Source: a virus. From it: 64,000 nucleotides of DNA. Positions within the stretch are counted from its first letter, which is position 1. Every line of letters begins with the position of its first letter. The position numbers were made by a program, and so were the translations under genes. The notes beneath the pieces are model-generated. The model did no database searches and was not told where the DNA came from. It was given only the letters and a program-made list of their open reading frames with translations. Shown in pieces: positions 29,776 through 39,670 of this stretch. The stretch lies in the IMG/VR virus record IMGVR_UViG_3300002056_000074, one strand, 5' to 3'.

Positions 29776-31389
29776 TCACAATGTTTGATATCCATCCTTC
29801 CACCACTGAGGCATGATATCTTTATTTTGTGAATATAGGTATCCAAAAGATTCATCAAGTATATAGACTCTACCTTCATCATCATCAGCCCTGACAACTC
29901 GACCACCGCCCTGAATGATCTCAATGAGAGCTTGACGTTGATACCACTCAGGAGATAGTTCCATGCGCTTCTTGATCCATGCATCACCCATGTTTCCAAA
30001 AGGAACTTTACAGAAGATAGCAAATCGGCCAAGATCATACTTCAAATCAAGACCTTCTGTGCTTGATGGAGATATCAAAATAGCAGGTGTTGTTGATTCA
30101 TCCATAAATTCAGCGATTGCTTGATTTCGTGATACGCCTGATTCTGGGCCATGCTCAATAATTCTGTGACCTTTGCAGCTCAAATTGTCAACCAACCAAT
30201 CAGCGATTGCAAAATTTCCGGTATGAATAATACCATTTTCACCTTCATGCATTTCTGCCAAGGTCTCAATAGTTTTTAACATTTGAGTTTTTTGATTGTT
30301 ATCTCGCCACTTATAATTCATTTTCATTTGTGGCATATAAACTACCGGTCGATTATCAGGATCAAATTCAGATTCAATTGAGATATAAGCAGCCTCATTT
30401 GGATCAATACCTAAATCTGCGCACGTTGCTTCCTTGCCCAAAAACGTGGAAGACATAAAAAGAAATTGATCAGCCATTGGTTCAATAAGTCGCTTGAATG
30501 ATCTATGGGCACTGATTCGTTTGATTTGAATACCAAAATCGGAATCGATTAATACATAATCATCTATGACATCAGATATATCAATACGCAAAAATTCCTC
30601 ACAGATATTCAATTGACTTTCAACATGTTGAAGTTCACGCACCTTCTTTATTTCTTGGGCATTGTCAGATGGATTATGTTCTCTAGTTGATTCGATTTCG
30701 GTTAACAGAATATCATAGGCTTCTATTAGTGCTGGATTGTATACATCACGAATGAAATTAACAACAATTTCTAAATCACGTTGTTTAGGAAGTTCAATGT
30801 AATGATCAGAGCACCATTTCTTAGTAATATGAATCGAATCAAATCCACATAAAATAGAATCAAGTGAATGTGCCTCATCACAAGTCATTAAATTTCTTTT
30901 CAAGATGCGATCATCTTTTTTGAACATTGATGTATATGACCAAACAGATAATCCCAATGCATAGTTCATTACTGTGTTATTGGATTTCTTGGCTGTCTCT
31001 CTAGCATCTGCATAGGGGCATGATATACATCTTGGCTTTATGATAGAACCTGTTGCACAACTAACACCACCCTTGGATTGACATTTATAATGCGACTTAC
31101 CATAAAGTGATGATAGATTTATCTTCTTGTCTGATAAAAAATCATTTTCGTATTGTTTTTGGAGAATAGTCTGAGGTGTTAATATAAACGAGTTATTTCC
31201 CATATAACGAGAGAATGTCATAGACACAGCAGATTTTCCGCACCCAACGGGAGCTTCAACAAATAAGTATTTTTTGCGCTTATTCTTCTTCAAAAAATTC
31301 AACGCAATACATTGATTGATTCTGGGTTCATGTTGTCCTTCAAATGCCCAAAATTTTCTCATTTCTTTATCTAATTCAATATCAGACAT
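29776..31389 (-). CDS. DinG/Rad3-like SF2 helicase
   Basis: EAPVGCGKS, Cys cluster, CDEAH, MSST, SSTEGLD, KVPF, QGGGRVVR..DD.G.VYILD. Confidence 0.9.
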   Translation of the reverse strand: MSDIELDKEMRKFWAFEGQHEPRINQCIALNFLKKNKRKKYLFVEAPVGCGKSAVSMTFSRYMGNNSFILTPQTILQKQYENDFLSDKKINLSSLYGKSHYKCQSKGGVSCATGSIIKPRCISCPYADARETAKKSNNTVMNYALGLSVWSYTSMFKKDDRILKRNLMTCDEAHSLDSILCGFDSIHITKKWCSDHYIELPKQRDLEIVVNFIRDVYNPALIEAYDILLTEIESTREHNPSDNAQEIKKVRELQHVESQLNICEEFLRIDISDVIDDYVLIDSDFGIQIKRISAHRSFKRLIEPMADQFLFMSSTFLGKEATCADLGIDPNEAAYISIESEFDPDNRPVVYMPQMKMNYKWRDNNQKTQMLKTIETLAEMHEGENGIIHTGNFAIADWLVDNLSCKGHRIIEHGPESGVSRNQAIAEFMDESTTPAILISPSSTEGLDLKYDLGRFAIFCKVPFGNMGDAWIKKRMELSPEWYQRQALIEIIQGGGRVVRADDDEGRVYILDESFGYLYSQNKDIMPQWWKDGYQTL

Positions 31390-31417
31390 CTAAAAACTCC
31401 AACTAATTTGATATGTA

Positions 31418-31446
31418 ATTATACATGAAATAGAAAGATTGATCAA
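31418..31446 (-). promoter_or_regulatory. Sigma70-like promoter for the helicase
   Basis: TTGATC-17 nt-TATAAT on the minus strand; GGAG RBS. Confidence 0.6.
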
Positions 31447-31447
31447 T

Positions 31448-31496
31448 ACGGAACATGATATTAAAAACGGAACATGATATTAAAAACGGAACATGA
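31448..31496. repeat. 19-bp tandem repeat ACGGAACATGATATTAAAA x2.6
   Basis: Units start at 31448, 31467 and 31486. Confidence 0.9.
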
Positions 31497-31548
31497 CTTG
31501 CACCTGAAATTGTGATGTTGATGTTTCTTGTGAGTTTCACGAACAAGT

Positions 31549-31597
31549 ACATTGCTTTTATGAGTTGGACATATCAAACATTGCTTTTATGAGTTGG
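31549..31597. repeat. 20-bp direct repeat ACATTGCTTTTATGAGTTGG x2 with 9-nt spacer
   Basis: Copies at 31549-31568 and 31578-31597. Confidence 0.9.
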
Positions 31598-31669
31598 GCT
31601 GCGCTTGCAAATCTTTCAAAACGTCTAAAAATTGTATTTTTATAGTTTCTTTTGTAGTTTTAATAGTTT

Positions 31670-32040
31670 TGTCGCTACCTCCACCTCCGCGAAAATTTTT
31701 TATACACGCTACGCCGATCTGCATACCCGTCTTACGTGTTTTCATACCAACCTGAGTCTCCCGGTCTATACCCCACTTCGTAGCCACTTCGTGTCTCGGT
31801 ATCAATGCTTAGGTGTATCAATGTGTATAATTCTCTTCTATACTCAAGAACAACACGGAAACCTGCCAACAACTAGCCACGTATTGCTCAAAGCCCTCTG
31901 CCAGCTTTCGTGGGTGGGTTTCACTGCCTATTATCAGCCTCCGCAGCGGAGTTCAATTTTATGTCTGTTGGCTGAGGTATAATCGAACGTGACTTGATAT
32001 GGCATCACGCCTAACCCCAATTGATGTCGATTAAATCACA
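31670..32040 (-). ncRNA. Candidate structured non-coding RNA (unclassified)
   Basis: GC-rich island with no credible ORF and several nested complementary stems; strand inferred from flanking genes. Confidence 0.45.
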
Positions 32041-32054
32041 TAAAAATAATCATG

Positions 32055-32624
32055 TCAACACTTTTTTTCTATAATTTTCATATTTTCTACAAAATCGTTA
32101 ATGTCATGATCTTCACGACATACACAATCCTTGAGTTGTTCTATCCTCCACATAGCAATATGATAACTATCACAGAGGTCATATAAGCCCTTAGACTTGA
32201 GGTAGCCAGCAGCTAGGAACTGTTCGGCTATATCGTCTGGCACAGCCGCTAACATATCTTGTTTCTTTGCCTTGCCACTACCTGTAGCAAATTTTTTGAG
32301 TTGTGTGGGTGCAACTTTAACAATCCCATCAATACCATGTTTTTCTAATAGTTTGACTTCTAATGTGTATAAAAGACCACCCAGTAATCGTGTAGCATTT
32401 CCTATACTTCCAAAACTTAATGCCTCGCATACAATTTCATCACAACCATGTTGTTCAAATAACTCAATGATGCGGGTAGTCAATATAGACATTCTAACAA
32501 CTTCACTACCATCATGTTTTGATGTTTTAATACATTCAAAATGAATCATGGATGTATTTTCGACAATGACGATACCGGAACAAGTCATACTTTGGTCTAA
32601 ACATAATATTTTTTTTCTTCTCAT
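32055..32624 (-). CDS. RuvC-like Holliday junction resolvase
   Basis: ILCLDQSMTCSG, IVCEALSFG, VAPTQLKKFATGSGKAKKQDM, DLCDSYHIA; start moved to ATG 32624. Confidence 0.85.
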   Translation of the reverse strand: MRRKKILCLDQSMTCSGIVIVENTSMIHFECIKTSKHDGSEVVRMSILTTRIIELFEQHGCDEIVCEALSFGSIGNATRLLGGLLYTLEVKLLEKHGIDGIVKVAPTQLKKFATGSGKAKKQDMLAAVPDDIAEQFLAAGYLKSKGLYDLCDSYHIAMWRIEQLKDCVCREDHDINDFVENMKIIEKKC

Positions 32625-32655
32625 GTCTGTACTTATATGAGAAAAAAACAAGCAC

Positions 32656-32699
32656 GTTACACTAAGTAACACTAGTTTTTTAGTGTAACACTAGTGTTA
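32656..32699. promoter_or_regulatory. Palindromic operator-like cluster upstream of RuvC
   Basis: GTTACACTAA/TTAGTGTAAC inverted repeat plus palindrome TAACACTAGTGTTA. Confidence 0.45.
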
Positions 32700-34451
32700 A
32701 ATTTCTTCCAAGTCTTCAACCTCACCCACTATAGTAAAATCATCCACCATAGTAACGGTGATTGATCGAGTGAATTGACTTTTAATCTCAGCTTTATGTG
32801 AGATAACATAAAGACATATACCTTCTGCCATTCCTTTCTTTCTTACCATCTCGGTGGCTAGTAATGCACCTTCCTCATCCAATCCAGTATCTAATATCTC
32901 ATCGAGTAGACATATATTAATTTGTCCATACAAGTTCTGTAATAAATCTCTAAATGCAAATGACATAGCTAAATTGACTCGACTACGTTGCCCCGCTGAT
33001 AGATTACCAAAATCTAATGCCCTACCAAATTTACTAATGGTTGCTGTCATATCATGCTTAAATTCTATAATTTGTGTCAGACCGAGTTCATCTAGATAAT
33101 GATTTAATCTACCGTTTAAGAAAGGTATATTATTATTGATTAGACTTTTTCGCACAAAACTATCTTTTTTGGTCAACAACTTTAGAACCATGTCCTGATG
33201 TTTTAATAATGTATCAAGTTCATTTATTGATTCCATGTCAAAATCGGATATATCAACGGATAGGAGTTCATCCAATGTCTCACTATGTGGATTTTTACTT
33301 TGCATTAACGAATTTAGCTTGTCCTGATATCGTTCAATCCTAGAACTAATTTTGTATAGCGCCTCTACATTATTAACGGTGACTTCAGATTCCAATGTTG
33401 ATATTTTTTCATCAATGGTATTGATGAAAGACTCTAACTCATTAATTTGTCTATCTGCCTCTTGAATTGCTGTATTAGCAAGCTTTATAATTTTTTTTGT
33501 TGACGCAATACTTTTCTTAGCATCTGACATTGCTTGTTTGCAATAAGGACAGTTTCCATCTGACAAATGAACTAATTGATTTTCAGCCTCAGACTTTTTA
33601 GTGTTATTCTCTCGTAGAATAATTTTAAAATCTTTATATTGTGGTCTGAGTTCACGTAGCTCTTCTTTAAAGTTTTCTATCTCATCAAATATAGCAGCCT
33701 CGGCCTCAATATCTATTTCCGATAGAGTTTTTAGTTCATCTTGCAACTCAGAAATTGCTTCATCAGTATCAAGTTCCCATTGCTTTTTTCGTTTCTTAGT
33801 TGACTCCAATTGACTTTGATAACGCTCACGCTCATCTTCTAATGTAGTCAATTTTGTAGTTTGAAGTTCTTTGTTATGTTTAGTCTCTTTAATTTTTTCC
33901 TTTAATATATCTGCCTTTGTTGAAAGGGTTGTTAAGTCAAAAAGTTCTTCAATTATTGCTGTTTGACTAGCACCACTCTGCGCCTTAACCGGAAGATCCA
34001 AAAATGGTACACATGAAGCTGAAATAGCAGCAATTCGAATAAACAACTCATAGGGTATATTAATAATACTTTCAATCAACCTATTTCCATTGGCAATACT
34101 ATCCGGCGTAATATCCTTTCCATCTTTGGTGATGGTTACGTAATTATTGCCTTGGCCAGTTTTCATTTTTCTAGCCCGAAGAATTTCATATTCAATACCA
34201 CCACGTTCAAATGATAATGTAGTTACCATTTCCTTATTGTTGATATTATTAATTAAGTCATCCTTCCTTCCAATTCCATTCGATAATGGCTTATCATACA
34301 ATGTATATACCAATGCATTTATAATAGAAGTTTTTCCAACTCCATTATACCCATTAATTAATGTAGTTCCGGGTTGATCGAAATTAATGACAGTTGGAAT
34401 CGCACCAAAACCTAGAAAATTCTGTATTGTAAGCGTTTTAAACGTTATCAT
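32697..34451 (-). CDS. Recombination ATPase (gp46/SbcC/Rad50)
   Basis: GYNGVGKTS, CPYC hook, LSAGQ, LLDEILD, ISH. Confidence 0.95.
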   Translation of the reverse strand: MITFKTLTIQNFLGFGAIPTVINFDQPGTTLINGYNGVGKTSIINALVYTLYDKPLSNGIGRKDDLINNINNKEMVTTLSFERGGIEYEILRARKMKTGQGNNYVTITKDGKDITPDSIANGNRLIESIINIPYELFIRIAAISASCVPFLDLPVKAQSGASQTAIIEELFDLTTLSTKADILKEKIKETKHNKELQTTKLTTLEDERERYQSQLESTKKRKKQWELDTDEAISELQDELKTLSEIDIEAEAAIFDEIENFKEELRELRPQYKDFKIILRENNTKKSEAENQLVHLSDGNCPYCKQAMSDAKKSIASTKKIIKLANTAIQEADRQINELESFINTIDEKISTLESEVTVNNVEALYKISSRIERYQDKLNSLMQSKNPHSETLDELLSVDISDFDMESINELDTLLKHQDMVLKLLTKKDSFVRKSLINNNIPFLNGRLNHYLDELGLTQIIEFKHDMTATISKFGRALDFGNLSAGQRSRVNLAMSFAFRDLLQNLYGQINICLLDEILDTGLDEEGALLATEMVRKKGMAEGICLYVISHKAEIKSQFTRSITVTMVDDFTIVGEVEDLEEI

Positions 34452-35528
34452 TTAAGATACCAAATCATTGTATATGGAAACCAACATATCATTGTTAATA
34501 TGTTCACTATCAATTTTTTTGAACATATCAACTACTAAATTATCAACTGTATCAATATCTTCCGTTGATTTTTGTAATGGCGCTGTGGTAATTATTTCAT
34601 TTACTTCTGCTGATTCTCGTAGTTCAAATCTTCGTGGATTGTAAGTCGTCATTACATGGCGCTGCATATCAGCACTATCTTCATAATTCAACGGGATGTC
34701 AGCTACACATTTAACGTATGTCCTATCATCAATTTCAACTTCACCGTCAATAATGTCTGATATTGTGGTGTATATATACTTCGGCCCATCTTCCCAGTTA
34801 AAGAAGAAGAGTTCTTTTGTTGTAAAATCATAAGTAGCGTAACCACGATCAACATCCCCTTCATCTCCAAAACTGGTGGGAAATGGGTTTCCCATGTAGA
34901 CAATATTTTTATTCTTTCTTGTTTGGCGCTTATGAAAATGACCAGATACAATCAATTCTGGCTGTTGAAATAAATCGGGATCAGCACCACCAATCATTTC
35001 GGTGCCATGACCAGTGACAATATATCCATTGAATTCGAAATGACCAAACCAGACGGGCACTGAATTATATTGCACTAAATCGGCATATTCGTGATGCATA
35101 AGAAATGGACAGAATAGAACATTCTGTCCCCCTTTATATGAATTTTTCAACACTTCAGGATTTTCAATCAAGTGAACATTTTCAAATTGTTCAACCCAAT
35201 GAAGTGAGTGAATTTCCCTAGAGTTTCTTTTATATAAATCATGGTTGCCTAATATGACATATATGGGGAGTCCCAAATCGTTTAATTTTTTGAAGCCAAT
35301 ATATGCGTATCGCAATGTCTCTAAATTAATAGATGTTCTATTTTGGTTCCAATCACCCAAGAATCCAATTGAATCAATTTCGGGATCAGCCTTGACTTCC
35401 TTGATAAAAAAATCTATAAAATTATCACAGAAAGTATTGTGTATAATACTCTCTTCTTTTTTTGCATCCGCACAACCATAATGTATGTCTGTGAAGAATG
35501 CCATTTTTTTAGATTTGAATTTGGTCAT
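34452..35528 (-). CDS. Recombination nuclease (gp47/SbcD/Mre11)
   Basis: FTDIHYG, LGD, GNHD, GHFE, SGHFH, YMGNP; TGaTATAAT upstream. Confidence 0.95.
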   Translation of the reverse strand: MTKFKSKKMAFFTDIHYGCADAKKEESIIHNTFCDNFIDFFIKEVKADPEIDSIGFLGDWNQNRTSINLETLRYAYIGFKKLNDLGLPIYVILGNHDLYKRNSREIHSLHWVEQFENVHLIENPEVLKNSYKGGQNVLFCPFLMHHEYADLVQYNSVPVWFGHFEFNGYIVTGHGTEMIGGADPDLFQQPELIVSGHFHKRQTRKNKNIVYMGNPFPTSFGDEGDVDRGYATYDFTTKELFFFNWEDGPKYIYTTISDIIDGEVEIDDRTYVKCVADIPLNYEDSADMQRHVMTTYNPRRFELRESAEVNEIITTAPLQKSTEDIDTVDNLVVDMFKKIDSEHINNDMLVSIYNDLVS

Positions 35529-35561
35529 AGTGACAATTATATCACAAATTATTAAACCATA

Positions 35562-36185
35562 TCAATCAACTTCATTTTCGTTTATATGAACAACATCATC
35601 AGAATTTTTTTCTTTAATTTCTTCTGCTAAATTTGCTGCATATTCTTCCTGATACGCATAAGACGGTAATCTACCATTTTTAATGGTTATCTCATCTTTA
35701 ATATTTCTTTGACGCTTTTCCTGTTTAATAAATTGCACCATACTCCGAGAGATGCAAGTTGTGTAATAACTGAAGGGATTATCACTTTTTTCTGGATCAA
35801 AACGAATCCACGTACTCATTAAAGTGGTTAATGCATAACTTCGCATATCATCAATGTAAGTATAGCCACTAAAATTACTCTTTTGGCTAATGCGTTGTGT
35901 TAATAATAATAACATGTGTGCCAATTTATCTGACATTTTTCCCTGTTCTTTACTAAGCCTAAATTCCTTAAGCAACTCCTTATTCGACAGGTAATTAACA
36001 CGTTTTCTACGTTTCCCCTCCATCTCAGCCTCTTTTTCAGCAGTCAGTGGTTGCTGTTTAACAATTTCAATATCACTATATGGTCCCTCAGTCATCTTGG
36101 TGCTCAACAATTCTTTAGTCTCTGCATCATATTTGTGATATCTTGATAATGGTTTATCTAACCATTGAATTCGATTCTTCGCCAT
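35562..36185 (-). CDS. Late-transcription sigma factor (gp55-like)
   Basis: NYLSNKELL, NFSGYTYIDDM, FDPEKSDNPFSYYT, EKRQRNIKD. Confidence 0.9.
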   Translation of the reverse strand: MAKNRIQWLDKPLSRYHKYDAETKELLSTKMTEGPYSDIEIVKQQPLTAEKEAEMEGKRRKRVNYLSNKELLKEFRLSKEQGKMSDKLAHMLLLLTQRISQKSNFSGYTYIDDMRSYALTTLMSTWIRFDPEKSDNPFSYYTTCISRSMVQFIKQEKRQRNIKDEITIKNGRLPSYAYQEEYAANLAEEIKEKNSDDVVHINENEVD

Positions 36186-36294
36186 ATTAATATCCTCCGT
36201 TAATTAATTATATATTAATTATTAAAAAGTTGCAATTTTTTTTTAATTACAAAGAAAATAAATAGAATGAAGTCTCTGATTCTTTTAGGTAAAC

Positions 36295-36993
36295 ATGTCA
36301 ACCAATTTCAAGGTACGCTTAAATGCTGCCAATATCACAAACGTACAAGAACGTCGATTTCAAACAGTTTCGTTTGATGTATCACCTGATCTCAATGAAC
36401 AGAGAACCGTTACCTACGATTCTGTAGATCCTACTCACGCACCCGGACAGTTTATGATTTATAAAAAAACTGCTGCCCGTCGATTTCAATTAACTCAAGT
36501 ACGATTAATATCTAGAACTCGAAGAGAGGCATCTTTAAATCTTGCTATTCTATGGATATTAAGAGGTTGGACTATGCCAAATTTTGGCACTGAGACAGGA
36601 GGGGCACGAAATAATCCAGATATTAAAAAAGATAACTCTCCCTATAATAGTGATAAATTACGACAAATAATTGATTCGGTAAATGGTCGAAATAGAGCGA
36701 AGAGTTTTTTGGGTGCTCCACCAGCCGTATTAGAGCTTTCGGCATATTCAAGATTTGGTGCAAATGACGGTATTCATAGCTTAGGTCATATCAGAAGGGT
36801 TCCGGTTGTTATTGAATCATTGGGAATATTCTACCCATCAGATGTTGATTACGTACCAACAGAGGATGAATTTCCTACTCCAATGCCAACAGTAATGAAT
36901 ATTGATATTTCATTAACAGAGGCCCAATCACCATTAGATATGGCTAGATTTAGTTTGGACCAATATAGACGTGGTGAATTAACAGGATATTAA
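36295..36993 (+). CDS. Baseplate/tube-initiator protein
   Basis: LGAPPAVLELSAY, VPVVIESL..YPSDVDY, PTVMNIDISLTE; TAAATA at 36259-36264. Confidence 0.6.
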   Translation: MSTNFKVRLNAANITNVQERRFQTVSFDVSPDLNEQRTVTYDSVDPTHAPGQFMIYKKTAARRFQLTQVRLISRTRREASLNLAILWILRGWTMPNFGTETGGARNNPDIKKDNSPYNSDKLRQIIDSVNGRNRAKSFLGAPPAVLELSAYSRFGANDGIHSLGHIRRVPVVIESLGIFYPSDVDYVPTEDEFPTPMPTVMNIDISLTEAQSPLDMARFSLDQYRRGELTGY

Positions 36994-36995
36994 TT

Positions 36996-37361
36996 ATGCA
37001 ATTATCAGAATCCACATCACTCAATAATGTTATTAAGGGGACCAATAGATACACCCAAGGCGGCTTATCTGACTATTATGATGTTCGTGTGGGTTGGTGG
37101 GAACGTAATGTATTTGAGAGAGATGCTACCGATATTATTTTTTATGTTGATAACAATAACGAATTTCGTCCTGACCTTATTTCTTATGCTGTCTATAATT
37201 CACCAAGATATACTTGGCTTGTCTTACAGTACAATAATATCGTAGATATTAATGAGGAATTAGTTAATGGTACTCGTCTTTTACTACCTTCTACTGGAAG
37301 ACTAACTAATAGTATATTAACAAATCCAATCATTGGCAAAAAAATAGAAAGTAATGTCTAA
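36996..37361 (+). CDS. Baseplate wedge LysM-like protein (gp53-like)
   Basis: FRPDLISYAVY...WLVLQYNNI. Confidence 0.8.
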   Translation: MQLSESTSLNNVIKGTNRYTQGGLSDYYDVRVGWWERNVFERDATDIIFYVDNNNEFRPDLISYAVYNSPRYTWLVLQYNNIVDINEELVNGTRLLLPSTGRLTNSILTNPIIGKKIESNV

Positions 37362-39669
37362 CCCACAAAATCCACTCTCACAATTTAGATCGTATTCCGC
37401 CATTCAAGTTCTTATTATGGCTGATACACCAGAAACAGCTAATATTTTAGCTGAATCTAATTTCTCGTTTCAACGAGATACTACCGATCCTAGTCAAATT
37501 TATAATGTTAGGAATATTTTAGGTAGACCTAATAATAGATTTGTTTTTTTATATGATGGTAGATCAGATACCAATTTTTATATTGAGGATGTTGAATGGG
37601 AAACTATTTTAGCACCAAAATATGGAAAGCCGGGAGAACAGACTAGAACACAGACTATTGAAACTGAAGGTAATATGAAAATTATAGAACCTTTGGGAGT
37701 AAGTTTTCTTGAGACTATGGTGACATCAACTTCTAATTTAGGTGTTGATCCAAACAGTATAGTTTTTGTTTTAAAAACTATATTTGTTGGACATACATTG
37801 ACGGGTGAACAGACGGTTATCTCATATGTAAAACCATTTATTTTTAAACTCATTGATTTAAAAGCGGATATTAAATCATCACAATCAGAATATTCGATAA
37901 CCTTTTTTGGTCTTGCCAATGGGGTCACTTCATTACCACAAATTTCAAATATTTCGAATGGAATGTCTCTTCATTTGCAACGTGGTATGACGTTATCACA
38001 AGCACTTCAAGTTTTATTTGATCGGATTAATGACCGATATGAAGAAAATTTTGAAAAATTGAAAACTGAATCTGATTATGAAGGGTTTGAAGAAAAGTTT
38101 TCACGAGTTAAATATACTGTACAAACAGATCCAGAATATTCATCATCTGTATTTGAAGTTGGTAAGGATGTGCCACATGATCAATCAATTACATTAGAGG
38201 ATGGCTCAAAGGCCATACAAATTAAGATACGTGATCAGGCAAGTATTGAAACTGCGATGAAAACTATATTTAATTTGTGTCCCTATTTGTCAACTGATGC
38301 TACTCGCCCTTTAGATTTAGATAATGATAGGAGATATACTCCAAAAATAACATCGACTGTTAGACCATCAAATGATGGAACTTATAACGTTGAATTTTCT
38401 GTCCAGCGATTTGAAACGTTATTTCAACGACCCGGTGAACGATTTGAACCTCAACCGGGCGAATACATCGAATTTGATTATATGTTTACAGGAAAAAATA
38501 TTGATATTATTGATCTCGATATAAAAATGGATATGGGACTATCATTCTTTTATACTGGATTAGTAGCTTCTAATGAACCAAAATCACAAGGTGCAATGGA
38601 GGCTAAGTTAATTAATGAGCCAGCAGTTGTTTCGGTTAAAAGTTCAATTGAAGGTTCTGCTAATAGTGCAGCAGGGACTGATCGAATTCTTCCGGGGAGA
38701 AAGGCACCATTATTCTTGGGTTTGGATGTTAAAAATCGAGATGTGCAAAATACACTCAATCCAGTATCTGCAGCATCATTTGATCAGATGCTAGAACGTC
38801 AGGCAAGATTGGAGAGTGTACAGACAAATTTAACAATACACGGGAATCCAACAATTCTTAATGATCTTAATGTGACATATAATGAATTAATACCGGGAAA
38901 TAATACTCCAATTGATTCCGTTTCGGGTACGGGAACTCAAAACTTTTATAAAACACCATCAGTAGCAAAAGTGAATATAAAATATCCAACCAATAAAGAA
39001 TTAGATGCAGTTGAAGATTTTTGGTATAGAGGATTTTACACTATCTTATCTATAAAGAATGTATTTAAGGGTGGAAAGTTTACACAAGATTTGACGATGT
39101 TTAGTATCCCGCAGTCCGATGACACCGATTTATCATCTACTACAACATCTACACGTTCCACAACAACATCAAGATCAAATGTTGCATTTACTAAAACACC
39201 AGAATCGGTTGTCATTCCAAATTCAATCCCTGAAGATTTGGTATTGGATGTAGATTATGCGGTTAAAAAAGGTGTTAATATTGAAAACTTATCACCCAAA
39301 ATTGCTGCAGCAATTCCAGTAGTAGCCGCAGTGTGGCGAGAAGTAACTGATCCAGAGAATGGACCATCACCCACAGGGGGGAGGATTATTCCAGTAATAA
39401 CATCGGGTAATGATGGGGTACGTAATGAAAACTCCCTACATAATGATGATCTCGCTATTGACGTTCGGGGTAATAATGTTGACTTTGATGTTATTAATCA
39501 TCCAAATGGTTGGCGTATGGAAGGCATGTTAAAAAGTCGATTGGGATCAGATTTTGATGTTTTATTTGAAGTATTCAAAGATAATAGACCCAATACACAC
39601 TTCCATATAGAGTATGATCCTGATCCTACGACTCAGGGCATAGTAGAAGTAGAGGAGGATTCTGCATAA
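37354..39669 (+). CDS. Baseplate hub (gp27-like) with C-terminal M15/Hedgehog-type Zn peptidase domain
   Basis: NPLSQFRSY, EPLGVSF, FDYMFTGKNIDI, I.GNP, G.Y.I..F.GGKFTQ.L; ITSGNDG..SLH..LAIDVR..HFHIEYD. Confidence 0.7.
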   Translation: MSNPQNPLSQFRSYSAIQVLIMADTPETANILAESNFSFQRDTTDPSQIYNVRNILGRPNNRFVFLYDGRSDTNFYIEDVEWETILAPKYGKPGEQTRTQTIETEGNMKIIEPLGVSFLETMVTSTSNLGVDPNSIVFVLKTIFVGHTLTGEQTVISYVKPFIFKLIDLKADIKSSQSEYSITFFGLANGVTSLPQISNISNGMSLHLQRGMTLSQALQVLFDRINDRYEENFEKLKTESDYEGFEEKFSRVKYTVQTDPEYSSSVFEVGKDVPHDQSITLEDGSKAIQIKIRDQASIETAMKTIFNLCPYLSTDATRPLDLDNDRRYTPKITSTVRPSNDGTYNVEFSVQRFETLFQRPGERFEPQPGEYIEFDYMFTGKNIDIIDLDIKMDMGLSFFYTGLVASNEPKSQGAMEAKLINEPAVVSVKSSIEGSANSAAGTDRILPGRKAPLFLGLDVKNRDVQNTLNPVSAASFDQMLERQARLESVQTNLTIHGNPTILNDLNVTYNELIPGNNTPIDSVSGTGTQNFYKTPSVAKVNIKYPTNKELDAVEDFWYRGFYTILSIKNVFKGGKFTQDLTMFSIPQSDDTDLSSTTTSTRSTTTSRSNVAFTKTPESVVIPNSIPEDLVLDVDYAVKKGVNIENLSPKIAAAIPVVAAVWREVTDPENGPSPTGGRIIPVITSGNDGVRNENSLHNDDLAIDVRGNNVDFDVINHPNGWRMEGMLKSRLGSDFDVLFEVFKDNRPNTHFHIEYDPDPTTQGIVEVEEDSA

Positions 39670-39670
39670 T

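Noticed and set aside
31448-31597. Repeats next to DinG and RuvC as a CRISPR (type IV/V) or TIGR-like array
   Set aside because: Only 2-3 copies, with no spacer or a single 9-nt spacer; no Cas or Nop-domain genes; the RuvC is a compact resolvase type
31587-31982. ORFs 31587-31805 and 31632-31982 as genes
   Set aside because: Atypical composition, no RBS or motifs; they overlap the structured GC-rich island
32055-32672. RuvC as a TnpB/Cas12-like RNA-guided nuclease
   Set aside because: About 190 aa with contiguous resolvase motifs; no WED/REC region or Zn ribbon
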